NCBI GenBank assembly: GCA_963663965.2
Contig: CAXXFK010000020.1
Location: forward strand, 96,001 to 160,000
DNA: 64,000 bases
Direction: 5' to 3'
Source: Sedimentisphaerales bacterium
GTDB lineage: Bacteria; Planctomycetota; Phycisphaerae; Sedimentisphaerales; SM23-30
In this document: positions 19,036 to 28,322 of the stretch, piece after piece
How positions within the stretch are numbered: position 1 is the first letter of the stretch
Layout: every line of letters begins with the position of its first letter
Translations under genes and position numbers: made by a program
Notes under the pieces: model-generated
What the model saw: only the letters and a program-made list of their open reading frames with translations
Database searches by the model: none
What the model was told of the DNA's origin: nothing

Positions 19036-21381
19036 ATGCTTACTAAATTACCAAAATCTGTTCTGTTAGCCGTTATTTTTATCCTTTTCACAGATACGGC
19101 TCTTTCGTTTGCACAAATCACAGGCCGTACACAGCCGCCGGCGGGGAAGTGGCTGCTCTGGTACGGTCAGCCGGCGGAAAAGTGGGAAGAGGCGCTGCCG
19201 ATCGGTAACGGGCATATGGGGGGGATGGTGTTTGGCCGGGTTGGCAAGGAGCGGATCCAGTTTAATGAAGATACGCTCTGGGCCGGGCATCCGATGGATT
19301 ATCAGAATCCGGGGGCTCATAACTATTTGCAGGAGATCCGGGAACTGCTGTTTGCCGGAAAACAGCGTGAGGCGGAGAAGCTGGCCGGCGATCATTTCAT
19401 GGGAGTGCCGTTGCGCCAATGCGCGTTTCAACCGTTTGCCGATCTGAACCTGGAATTTCCCGGGCATGAGGCAGCATCCGATTATGCCCGTTCGCTGGAT
19501 CTGGATGATGCCATCGCGCGAACAGTGTATCGAGTGGGCGAGGTGAGTTTCAGCCGTGAGATTTTCGCCAGTTATCCGCGCCGGGCGATGGTGGTTCGTA
19601 TTACTGCCAATCGGCCGGGACAGGTTACTTTTAAGGCAACGCTGACCAGTCTGCATAAGCAGTCGGAACAATTGGCGATCGATGATCATACCCTGGCGAT
19701 TCGCGGGCAGGTGACTCATACGGCGGAAAATTCGGAAGAGAGCCGTCTGCGCTTTGAGGGCCGACTCCAGGTTCGCACGGAGGGTGGGCAGGCTGAAATA
19801 ACTAATGAGGGGATCTCGATTACGAAGGCCAACGCGGTAACGTTGATACTGACCGCGGCGACCAGTTATAACAATTATCAGGATATCAGCGGTGATCCGG
19901 CCGCCAAGGCGGCCGAACTGATGCAACGCTCTGATGGGATGGCCTATCAGGCCTTGAAAACGGAGCATGTGGCCGATCACCAGCGTCTGTTCCGCCGGGT
20001 CGATATCGATCTGGGCCGCACGCCGGCGGCCGATAAAGAAACGGATCAGCGAATTCAAGCGTTTAAGGGCGGGGATGACCCACAACTGGCGGCGCTTTAC
20101 TTCCAGTTTGGGCGCTATCTGCTGATCGCGTGCAGCCGGCCGGGCTCGCAGCCGGGTAATCTGCAAGGGGTCTGGAACGACAAACTCAGTCCGCCCTGGG
20201 GCTGTAAATATACCATCAATATTAATACGGAGATGAATTACTGGCCGGCGGAAATGACCAATCTGTCAGAATGCACCGAGCCGCTGTTTGACCTGATTGA
20301 GGATTGTTCGCATGCCGGGGCGTTAACCGCGAAAAATTTCTATAACGCGCGCGGCTGGGTGATCCATCACAATACGGAAATCTGGCGGGGCACGGCCCCG
20401 ATTAACGCGTCCAATCATGGGATCTGGCCGACGGGCGGGGCCTGGCTGGCGCAACATCTCTGGTGGCATTATCAATATACCGGCGATAAAGAGTTTCTGC
20501 GCCGGCGCGGGTATCCGCTGCTTAAATCGGCCAGTGAATTTTTTGTCGATTACCTGGTGGATGATCCGGTCAACGGCAAAGGCTGGCTGGTGAGCGGACC
20601 GAGCAATTCACCGGAACGGGGCGGCCTGGTGATGGGGCCGACCATGGACCATCAGATTATCCGGTATCTGTTCGCGGCAACGGCGGAAGCCGCCCGGGTA
20701 TTGGAGGTTGATGCTGATTTCCGCGCGACCCTGCTGGCGATGCATGGGCGGATCGCGCCCAATCAGGTGGGTAAAGCGGGACAACTGAAAGAATGGCTCT
20801 ATACGGAAGATCCATTCACTGACCATCGCCATATTTCTCATCTGTGGGGTTTGCATCCGGGTGAGGAGATTACCCGCGATGGTACGCCGGAGCTTTACGC
20901 GGCGGCGCGCAAGTCGCTCGAATTGCGCGGGGATGGCGGGACCGGCTGGTCAATGGGCTGGAAAATCAACTGCTGGGCCCGGCTGCATGATGGCGATCAT
21001 GCCTACCTGATGCTGTCGAATCAACTGACCCCCCAGAAAACCTATCCGAACCTGTTTGACGCGCATCCGCCTTTCCAGATCGATGGTAATTTTGGCGCTA
21101 CGTCGGGTATTGGCGAGATGATTATGCAGAGTCATACCGGCCGGATCGAGTTGCTGCCGGCATTGCCGGCGGCGCTGGCCTCAGGACGGATCAGCGGGTT
21201 ATGCGCCCGGGGCGGTTTTGAGCTGGATCTGGTCTGGGAGGATGGGCAGTTGGTAACCGTCGATATCCGATCGAAACTGGGTAATCCGTGTGTGGTGGCC
21301 TGTGGCGATAAAAGCGTCCGGCTGAAAACCCGGGCGGGTCAAAGTATTCTTCTGGAAGGGCCCGACCTGAAGATCAAGTAG
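19036..21381 (+). CDS. Alpha-1,2-L-fucosidase (GH95)
   Basis: WEEALPIGNG, QFGRYLLI, NLQGVWN, YTININTEMNYW, HRHISHL, PPFQIDGNFG. Confidence 0.96.
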   Translation: MLTKLPKSVLLAVIFILFTDTALSFAQITGRTQPPAGKWLLWYGQPAEKWEEALPIGNGHMGGMVFGRVGKERIQFNEDTLWAGHPMDYQNPGAHNYLQEIRELLFAGKQREAEKLAGDHFMGVPLRQCAFQPFADLNLEFPGHEAASDYARSLDLDDAIARTVYRVGEVSFSREIFASYPRRAMVVRITANRPGQVTFKATLTSLHKQSEQLAIDDHTLAIRGQVTHTAENSEESRLRFEGRLQVRTEGGQAEITNEGISITKANAVTLILTAATSYNNYQDISGDPAAKAAELMQRSDGMAYQALKTEHVADHQRLFRRVDIDLGRTPAADKETDQRIQAFKGGDDPQLAALYFQFGRYLLIACSRPGSQPGNLQGVWNDKLSPPWGCKYTININTEMNYWPAEMTNLSECTEPLFDLIEDCSHAGALTAKNFYNARGWVIHHNTEIWRGTAPINASNHGIWPTGGAWLAQHLWWHYQYTGDKEFLRRRGYPLLKSASEFFVDYLVDDPVNGKGWLVSGPSNSPERGGLVMGPTMDHQIIRYLFAATAEAARVLEVDADFRATLLAMHGRIAPNQVGKAGQLKEWLYTEDPFTDHRHISHLWGLHPGEEITRDGTPELYAAARKSLELRGDGGTGWSMGWKINCWARLHDGDHAYLMLSNQLTPQKTYPNLFDAHPPFQIDGNFGATSGIGEMIMQSHTGRIELLPALPAALASGRISGLCARGGFELDLVWEDGQLVTVDIRSKLGNPCVVACGDKSVRLKTRAGQSILLEGPDLKIK

Positions 21382-21611
21382 AGAGCATCGGATAAAGATT
21401 CTTTTTCTGACCGGTCTTTGATTGGGCTGGGCGTGAATGACTTTGCGCTTTCCAAACGGTCGAAATGGCTCCGGAGCAATTCGATTCAGAATGGTAAAAA
21501 ATTGCGGGCCCCGGTGGTGGACGGAAGCCCGCATTCGAGATGGGATGTATCCAAAGGTAGGTTATTTTCCCCTGCCAAATCGCATCTGCTTTCGTGCATT
21601 TTATACAATGA

Positions 21612-23741
21612 TCAGCGGGTTGGCGGGGTTTCGGTCAGTGGTATTTTGCCGTTGAGCATTCGGACGCCCTGACCGGCCAGCCAGAGGTAATGGTCGCTGG
21701 GCAGGTTGGCATCACCGGGGTCATAGGGCGGATAGGTTGCGTTGCCGGTCGGCAGGAACGGATTAACTGCCGCAACCGGGGGGTTGGGTGTGCATTTGAA
21801 AATCGCGGTGCCTTCATCGACTTCATCGAACATGGCTTGATAGATCATGGTCACGCCGGCATCGTGGATGACTTTGTAATATTGCCGCCAGAGGAATCGG
21901 CCGCCCAGCCGGGGCATCTGGTCGAATTTGTTGTTCTGTTGCAGGTTCTGCCAGCTGAAGCCCGGGAAAACCACCGGCAGATAGTCTTTGCCGTTGGCAT
22001 CGCACCAGGTTTTGTCCGGAACGGTGGTGTACCGGGTAAAATTATTCAGTTCGCTGGGATAGATACTGCCATATCGGCCCACGGCCCATGGGCTGATGAT
22101 ATCGGCAATCTGGATCGTCCGCTGTAGCCAGGTATCGTTATTGGTGCGCCAGTTGTTATTGACGCCCAGCATGACGGTACAGCCGCCGTAGACGGGATCG
22201 TTTTTCAGGAACTCGATCAGATGATACGACTCTTCGCCTTCGTAGGCACGGCCGAATCCCAGGCCCCAGATAGCAATCACCGGTTTGCCGTTATGATGCA
22301 GGTAGGCCGCGTCTGTGGGGTCTTTACTGACGCCAAAGGTATCGACGAGGTATTTCCAGTCATCGATTACGCGCTGGGCGCCGCCGGTATTCAGGCCGGA
22401 TAAATCGTACATCATGGCCCAAACCCGGTGGTATTGGTTGCCGCCTTTACGGCAGTGCCGCATGACCTGATCGCGATGTTTACGGGCGGTCGAGCCGGGT
22501 GAGGTTTCGGTGACGAACCGCTGCAGGAAGACGCCGTCGATACCATATTGGCGCATCCAGTCAAAATGCCTGAGGACGGTTTTTTCGTTGTAGGAACTGA
22601 AGACGTAAGCCGGGCTGTTGTCGGCGTGACGGAAGCCGGTAACGAATTTTTCGTTCGCGTCGTATTCGCTCATATCGGGCCACCAATCCACGGTGCAATA
22701 GCCGGGTTCGAACCGGTTGCCGCTGCCCCAATGGACCCAACCCCGGTTGGCGCCATCGCCGGGGGTATTGAACCAGCCCTGATAACCGCACATAATCTTT
22801 CCGGTCAGGGTTCGGCTGTATTCATTGTGGCGCCAGTTGCCGGATACCGTCTGGAAATCATCCAGATCGACTTTCCGGTCACTGGTGAAGTCGGCGGCCG
22901 GGTCGGGTGATTCTTCGAGCCATTCAGCGGCGAACGGTTGCACATCGTCGATATTCACCCGGGTATCGCCATTCACATCGCCGGTACCGGTAATGGATGG
23001 GGCCGGTTCCGCCCAGATGGTGGTTTTACCGGGATTGGCACTATTATAATCGTGATACACCTGGCCGGTTCCGCCATAGGCGGTTATTTTTCCGGCTTTG
23101 CGATAGTCTTCTACCGCTGTTTCCTGATTCCCGCTGATAAGAACAATTCCCGATTCGATATCCATTACCGAATCGCCATTGATGGACCTGGTTTCGCTAA
23201 ATCCATTCAGATTCAAGGTCCCGGCTTTAATATTTGCATATCCGACACCCCCCTCCCAGCCAAGACCCAACATGGCGGTGACATTGACCGTACCGCCTTC
23301 GATATCCAGAACGCCTTCTCCACCGGAAGCAAAGCCAACCCACAAATGCTCTCCAATGGTCACATTGCCGCCGGTTTCAACGATCATCCGGGCGGTATGG
23401 TTGTATCCAATAGCCGACCAGTTGACACCGGTGGTAATACTGCCGCCATCGATTACTCGAATGACGCCGCCCGGACCATTATCGCCCTGAGCGAATAATG
23501 CGCAGGTCTGGGCATCGGATACGATACAGTCCGCGGCGCCGGAACCATTGAATACGGCCTTGTCAACCGGGGGAAGCGGGCCGGGAACGCCCCCGGACCA
23601 GTTGGCCGCGGTATTCCAGTTGCCGGTGGCGGGAGGCATGATGCCGTTGGCCGCCGGATTCCATGTAGTCGCGGCATTCGCAAGGGTTGCCATTATTCCT
23701 ATGATTATAATTAACGATCTCAGCCAGGATGTCTGCTTCAT
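21612..23741 (-). CDS. Secreted GH71/99-like glycoside hydrolase with N-terminal beta-helix-like domain and central dockerin-like repeat
   Basis: IMCGYQGWF, IDGVFLQRF, MYDLSG, FPGFSW, AMFDEVDEGTAIFK; GDVNGDTRVNIDD...ADFTSDRKVDLDDF. Confidence 0.85.
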   Translation of the reverse strand: MKQTSWLRSLIIIIGIMATLANAATTWNPAANGIMPPATGNWNTAANWSGGVPGPLPPVDKAVFNGSGAADCIVSDAQTCALFAQGDNGPGGVIRVIDGGSITTGVNWSAIGYNHTARMIVETGGNVTIGEHLWVGFASGGEGVLDIEGGTVNVTAMLGLGWEGGVGYANIKAGTLNLNGFSETRSINGDSVMDIESGIVLISGNQETAVEDYRKAGKITAYGGTGQVYHDYNSANPGKTTIWAEPAPSITGTGDVNGDTRVNIDDVQPFAAEWLEESPDPAADFTSDRKVDLDDFQTVSGNWRHNEYSRTLTGKIMCGYQGWFNTPGDGANRGWVHWGSGNRFEPGYCTVDWWPDMSEYDANEKFVTGFRHADNSPAYVFSSYNEKTVLRHFDWMRQYGIDGVFLQRFVTETSPGSTARKHRDQVMRHCRKGGNQYHRVWAMMYDLSGLNTGGAQRVIDDWKYLVDTFGVSKDPTDAAYLHHNGKPVIAIWGLGFGRAYEGEESYHLIEFLKNDPVYGGCTVMLGVNNNWRTNNDTWLQRTIQIADIISPWAVGRYGSIYPSELNNFTRYTTVPDKTWCDANGKDYLPVVFPGFSWQNLQQNNKFDQMPRLGGRFLWRQYYKVIHDAGVTMIYQAMFDEVDEGTAIFKCTPNPPVAAVNPFLPTGNATYPPYDPGDANLPSDHYLWLAGQGVRMLNGKIPLTETPPTR

Positions 23742-23764
23742 GATTCACTCATCTAAGATGGAAT

Positions 23765-23793
23765 CGGGCGCCCGGATAATTTCCGGGCGCCCG
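23765..23793. other. Strong intergenic stem-loop between co-oriented genes
   Basis: CGGGCGCCCGGA-TAATT-TCCGGGCGCCCG 12-bp perfect inverted repeat; no U-tract in the gene (minus) direction. Confidence 0.7.
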
Positions 23794-23826
23794 TTTAAAA
23801 ATGTTTAAGCACTTGTATCCGCTTGA

Positions 23827-25314
23827 TTACTGGATAGGCAGCGGAGCTTTTAATTCATACTCAACCAGCCACTGGCTTGTCAGTGTGGCAAAGTCGAGCA
23901 GGTTGATAATGCAGTTGCCATCAAAGTCAGCGGTATAAACCCGATCGAGACGCTGGAAACCGCCGCGGGCGCCCTGACAGGCGCTTTCTGCCACATCGAG
24001 GATCATGGTATCCGAAACGGCGTCGGGATTCATCGCGTCGCCAACTGTAACTGTCACCGTAATCGGGCCCAGGTGGCTGTCACCGGTAATGATTGGGTCT
24101 TCAACCGAGTCGCTGGGCGAGAATGTCACATTGGCGGCAATGGCCGGATCAACACTCCATTTAATGGTTAAAGGAGAGGCGCCATCATCAACAATGGTTG
24201 CATCCAGTTGAACCGGTTCATTGGCCCAGGTCAGGGTATCGGGCGTTTCAATGACTACCGAAGTTGGGGGAAGGTCGCTTGTGGTATCAAATGTATACAC
24301 ACGGCCTTCAATGGGTTCGTCGGTTGTTACACCGTAGATATGCGTATCGACCTGCCAGTAATAGGTTCCAGGTTCAGTAATGTTGACTGTAACAGAAGTG
24401 CCATCAGGGCTATTCGATAACACTTCGGCGTACATGGCCGGTTCCAGCTTATTAGGATCGGTACCCAACCACACATCGATGTACAAAGGATCAGCAGGAT
24501 CATTCGGATCCAGCAAATTCGTCCAGCTCAGGGTAACTTCACCCACAGGAACTGATTCACCCATCGCCGGAGAGGGATTCATTGGATCATTGACCGCTTT
24601 GATAACAGTTTTGCCATTGATATATTCCGCGCTGACATTACCCACAAGGCCAAAACCGGTTATTTTTCCGGCAGCAACATAATTATTGATATCAGTAATA
24701 CGATCACCGTTCAGGTAAATCACGCCATATTCGATATCAAGCTTTGATTCGCCTTTGATCGAATCTGTGCCATGAATATTGGCCAGATTAAGAACACCAT
24801 CATTGACATTGACGAATCCAATTCCTCCAGACCAGCCCAGACCAATCATTTGAGAAACATTCACTGTACCGCCATTGATATCCAGAGTACCAATCGAGCC
24901 GGGATTTAAACCAATCCACATATGTTGGCCAAAAGTAACGGTACCACCAGATTCAACAATCATATGGGCGGTATTACTGTATCCGACAGCGGACCAATTG
25001 ACCCCCGTGTTAAGAGTACCGCCGTCTACTACACGTATGACGCCGCCATCCGCCCCATCGCCTTGAACGAAATACTTACACACGGCTGCACTGGAAATGA
25101 CGCACTCCGCTGCATTGGGCACATTATAAACCGCTTTGCCAAAGTCATCCGTTGTAACAGCCTGAGGCACGCCATTGGTCCAGTTTTTCGCAGTGTTCCA
25201 GTCGCCAACGGCAGGCGGATAGATGCCATTGTTTGCGGGATTCCAGACAGTGGCCGCATTGATAATACTCGCCAGACCGGCAATTAAACATAATGCCATC
25301 ATTTTTTTTAACAT
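23827..25314 (-). CDS. Secreted non-catalytic protein: beta-helix-like N-domain + Ig/PKD-like domains + dockerin-like tail
   Basis: Signal peptide; G/V-rich beta-strand repeats; YYWQVD Ig-like motif; ADFDGNCIINLLDFATLTSQWL tail; GGAG RBS. Confidence 0.75.
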   Translation of the reverse strand: MLKKMMALCLIAGLASIINAATVWNPANNGIYPPAVGDWNTAKNWTNGVPQAVTTDDFGKAVYNVPNAAECVISSAAVCKYFVQGDGADGGVIRVVDGGTLNTGVNWSAVGYSNTAHMIVESGGTVTFGQHMWIGLNPGSIGTLDINGGTVNVSQMIGLGWSGGIGFVNVNDGVLNLANIHGTDSIKGESKLDIEYGVIYLNGDRITDINNYVAAGKITGFGLVGNVSAEYINGKTVIKAVNDPMNPSPAMGESVPVGEVTLSWTNLLDPNDPADPLYIDVWLGTDPNKLEPAMYAEVLSNSPDGTSVTVNITEPGTYYWQVDTHIYGVTTDEPIEGRVYTFDTTSDLPPTSVVIETPDTLTWANEPVQLDATIVDDGASPLTIKWSVDPAIAANVTFSPSDSVEDPIITGDSHLGPITVTVTVGDAMNPDAVSDTMILDVAESACQGARGGFQRLDRVYTADFDGNCIINLLDFATLTSQWLVEYELKAPLPIQ

Positions 25315-25604
25315 AGCTAAATCTCCACAAAAAAATAATATTGATAAAAAAACGAATCTCTTCATACTTTCTTTAAAAAACATAGGTCATAAGCATCATC
25401 CTCCGTTGTCATGCGGTTCTCTAATTACACATTTCAAAACCATTTCAATGTTAATACAATAAAACCAAGAAAATACCTGGTCGTTTTACATTAAGTACTT
25501 TCAACAAACAGTAAAGCCCGAATGATTTCATTTTATCCAGATATCAGTGTGAGTTGTGATTCTCATAAGTTTCTTCACCTTGCTAAAAAAAATAAAAGAA
25601 TAAA

Positions 25605-27251
25605 TCAACGCCCGGTTACAGATTCTCCTTCGGGCGGCAGGGCCCGCACAATTGTTTGGGCGGGCTGATTCTGATCGAATTCAAGCACGATCCGGCCAGC
25701 GCCGCCGTAACCGGTCAGTATGCCATCGTCAATAAATGTCTGGACCTGATTGCGTTTGTCGCCGGGCAGTATGAGTTGACCCTGGGCGATATCGAGAATT
25801 CCGTTGCGAATAATCAGGCTGCTGGCCTGGATTTCGCCACCCCGCAACAGAACCGTGCCATAGCCGGAATAAGGCCCGATCTGAAATTCACGGCACTTGA
25901 CCAGACCGCCGTTAACGATCAGGGTGCCTTCGCTGTTGAAGCCGGTAAAACACTGGGCGTTTTCACAATCCAGGGTGGCCCCGCTAAAAATTTCGGTTAT
26001 CCCAGGACCGTCATAGCCGGTAATAAACCAGCCGTCCGTAGTGGCTGTCACTTTCAGATAGCCATTTTTAACAATCTGGAAGGGCTGAAAACTGGGACTG
26101 TCTCCTCCGCCATTGTGCAGCCACTGCACTTCAACGAACCGGTCCAGGATACAAGGGAATTTGGCATGGGCGGCAATATTGATTTTGGCTTTGCAAACCT
26201 CGCCCGGCATCAAATTGGGATTGCTATTATCGGGTACCAGCTGATTGTGCCAGTTGCCGGGATCAAACCAGGAGCTGCCTGTCTGGCCAAGCCAGATAGA
26301 TGACACTTCGTTGGGCTGGGTAAACGAGAGTGAAAAATCTGAGCGAACGGCATCGAAAATTTCGGAATACCCTTTATCCGAACAGGCCACGGCCTGACCT
26401 TCAGTCAGTCGCAAAGGCTGTTTCACCGAGCCCTGTCGGGACGATACATCGACCGACCCTTGAAAGACATGCGTTTCGGTTTGTCGGTCGCTGGTGACTT
26501 TAACGCCAAACACCGTTCCCAGGTCGCGGATACCGGCGCTAGGGGTATCAATCTGGATCCAGTTTTGGGGATTGTAGATCCGCACGGAAATTTTGCCACG
26601 TTCGATCTGTACCTGGCGTTGAGATTGCAAATTCAAACTGGCGGGCGCTTCCACGATCAGTTCGGTACCGTTATTGAAAATAAATTGCGCCCGGCCCTGT
26701 TCCAACTGATACTGACCGGGATGGGCCTGGTTGTCGGTAATCAGGGCAGCCGAATCGGTCTGCCAGCGTGTGGAGGAGTTTTGAATTACGCGGGCCAGAG
26801 AGGGTCCCGGCCGGACGGTCAGGAGATTGGCCTGACGATCGATCCAGTTAAAAATCAGTAACGCAATCGTAATAATCGCGGCGATCTGGCCCAGATTTCG
26901 GATCCAGATTCTATAGTTGGGTTTGTTTCTGTGGTGTTGCAAAGGCGCGTCAGGCTGAAGCACGTTTTGCTGCTTCTCAATAGCGTCAGGCATGCCGCTA
27001 TGTTCAAGATCAGAATTGATGGCCTGAACCAGAGGGGTGGTCAATTGGGCAGGCGGGGTTTTGGATGCATCGTGGCAAACACCCGCCTGATGAAGCAGGC
27101 CATGGATGGTCATGACTTCCACAAAGTAGGTGCGATACTCATCGTTTTCCAGCAGCAAGGATTCCAGTTGCCGGAGCGAATCCTGATCCAGCATGCCTTC
27201 CATGGCTTGATAAGTTAAATCGATCAATTGGGCAGGTATCGGATTTTTCAT
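25605..27251 (-). CDS. FecR-domain anti-sigma factor with C-terminal beta-helix-like domain
   Basis: N-terminal anti-sigma helices, one TM segment (IAAIITIALLIF), FecR motif TPSAGIRDLGTVFGV..ETHVFQGSV; overlaps the sigma factor stop. Confidence 0.88.
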   Translation of the reverse strand: MKNPIPAQLIDLTYQAMEGMLDQDSLRQLESLLLENDEYRTYFVEVMTIHGLLHQAGVCHDASKTPPAQLTTPLVQAINSDLEHSGMPDAIEKQQNVLQPDAPLQHHRNKPNYRIWIRNLGQIAAIITIALLIFNWIDRQANLLTVRPGPSLARVIQNSSTRWQTDSAALITDNQAHPGQYQLEQGRAQFIFNNGTELIVEAPASLNLQSQRQVQIERGKISVRIYNPQNWIQIDTPSAGIRDLGTVFGVKVTSDRQTETHVFQGSVDVSSRQGSVKQPLRLTEGQAVACSDKGYSEIFDAVRSDFSLSFTQPNEVSSIWLGQTGSSWFDPGNWHNQLVPDNSNPNLMPGEVCKAKINIAAHAKFPCILDRFVEVQWLHNGGGDSPSFQPFQIVKNGYLKVTATTDGWFITGYDGPGITEIFSGATLDCENAQCFTGFNSEGTLIVNGGLVKCREFQIGPYSGYGTVLLRGGEIQASSLIIRNGILDIAQGQLILPGDKRNQVQTFIDDGILTGYGGAGRIVLEFDQNQPAQTIVRALPPEGESVTGR

Positions 27252-27787
27252 GCCAATTCTTCCTCACTGGCCAGCGTGCGCCGGATGCAACGCCAGAGAA
27301 AATCGTGAGACCGGGCCATATATTTACAGATGGTCTGAACAGAAACGCCAAGTCGTTCGGCGATCAGGATTTGGGTCAGTTTTTTTTCGTAACGCATCTG
27401 GAGCAGATCGCGTTGTTTTTCGCTGAGTTTCGTGAGACAGATTTTGAGAATATCCAGCCGGATATCCACGGTCTGGCTAACCTGGCGAGCCCGTTCATCG
27501 AGTAGATTTTCCAGTTCCGGACAGAACAGGAACAATTCCCGTTTCTTTTTGTTGCGGAACCGGAGGATTTCGTAATGGGCGATTTGAATGCCCCAGGCGA
27601 TAAAGGAGGTATTGGGCTTGAATTCGCCGAATTTCCGCCACATGACCGCGGTGCAGTCCTGCATGATATCGTCGGCGTCAGAAAGGTTGCGTACCATGGA
27701 AAGGATATAGGCATAAATCCCTTTCTGATGCTCCATCAGCAGGGTAAGAAATTGCTCGGTCACAATGGAATCGATCATTTTCTTCAT
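27248..27787 (-). CDS. ECF-type RNA polymerase sigma-70 factor
   Basis: IYAYILSMVRNLSDADDIMQD..WRKF region 2; CLTKLSEKQRDLLQMRY..IAERLG region 4. Confidence 0.93.
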   Translation of the reverse strand: MKKMIDSIVTEQFLTLLMEHQKGIYAYILSMVRNLSDADDIMQDCTAVMWRKFGEFKPNTSFIAWGIQIAHYEILRFRNKKKRELFLFCPELENLLDERARQVSQTVDIRLDILKICLTKLSEKQRDLLQMRYEKKLTQILIAERLGVSVQTICKYMARSHDFLWRCIRRTLASEEELA

Positions 27788-28322
27788 GGGATCGCGCCTG
27801 ATCGAAAAAACCTTTAAGATACGGTATTGATTTGTGTAAATATGCTCATCACTTTTTCGTCATTAATGAGCAAAAAAGGATAATTTCTTTTTCTATAGGG
27901 TAACAAGCCCCGGCCGAAAAAAATTAAACAGGAAATATCAAAAAGTTTGAGAAACCCTTATTGGACGATCAGATAAAAGGATAGAATCAGGGAAAATAGT
28001 TCAAGGACACCATGGGCAGTCCATGGTTTTTATGTCATTTATCCTGATTCCGGAGTCATTATCATAACACCACTTAAGTGTCGGGGCTGGTTACCGACAG
28101 GCCTGACATTCGTAAAACAGATTGAAATAAATGTCTATTCTAACAATAGTTAAATGCTATTTCTTATGAGGATCACTTATGTTGACCTGGCGAATAATAA
28201 GAAAATGGGACTGAGGATTGATGATCTTTTAGAGATCGATTATAGTAAACGTGGCGTTTAAGAGCCTGGTTAGCCGGGCTGTTTGGTAGTTACAGCGGAT
28301 TATGTTACATGAGGTTAAAAAA

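Noticed and set aside
19066..20166. Long antisense ORFs (also 2930-3814, 40543-41469, 59369-60145)
   Set aside because: Shadows of well-supported genes on the opposite strand in GC-rich coding DNA, with no motifs.
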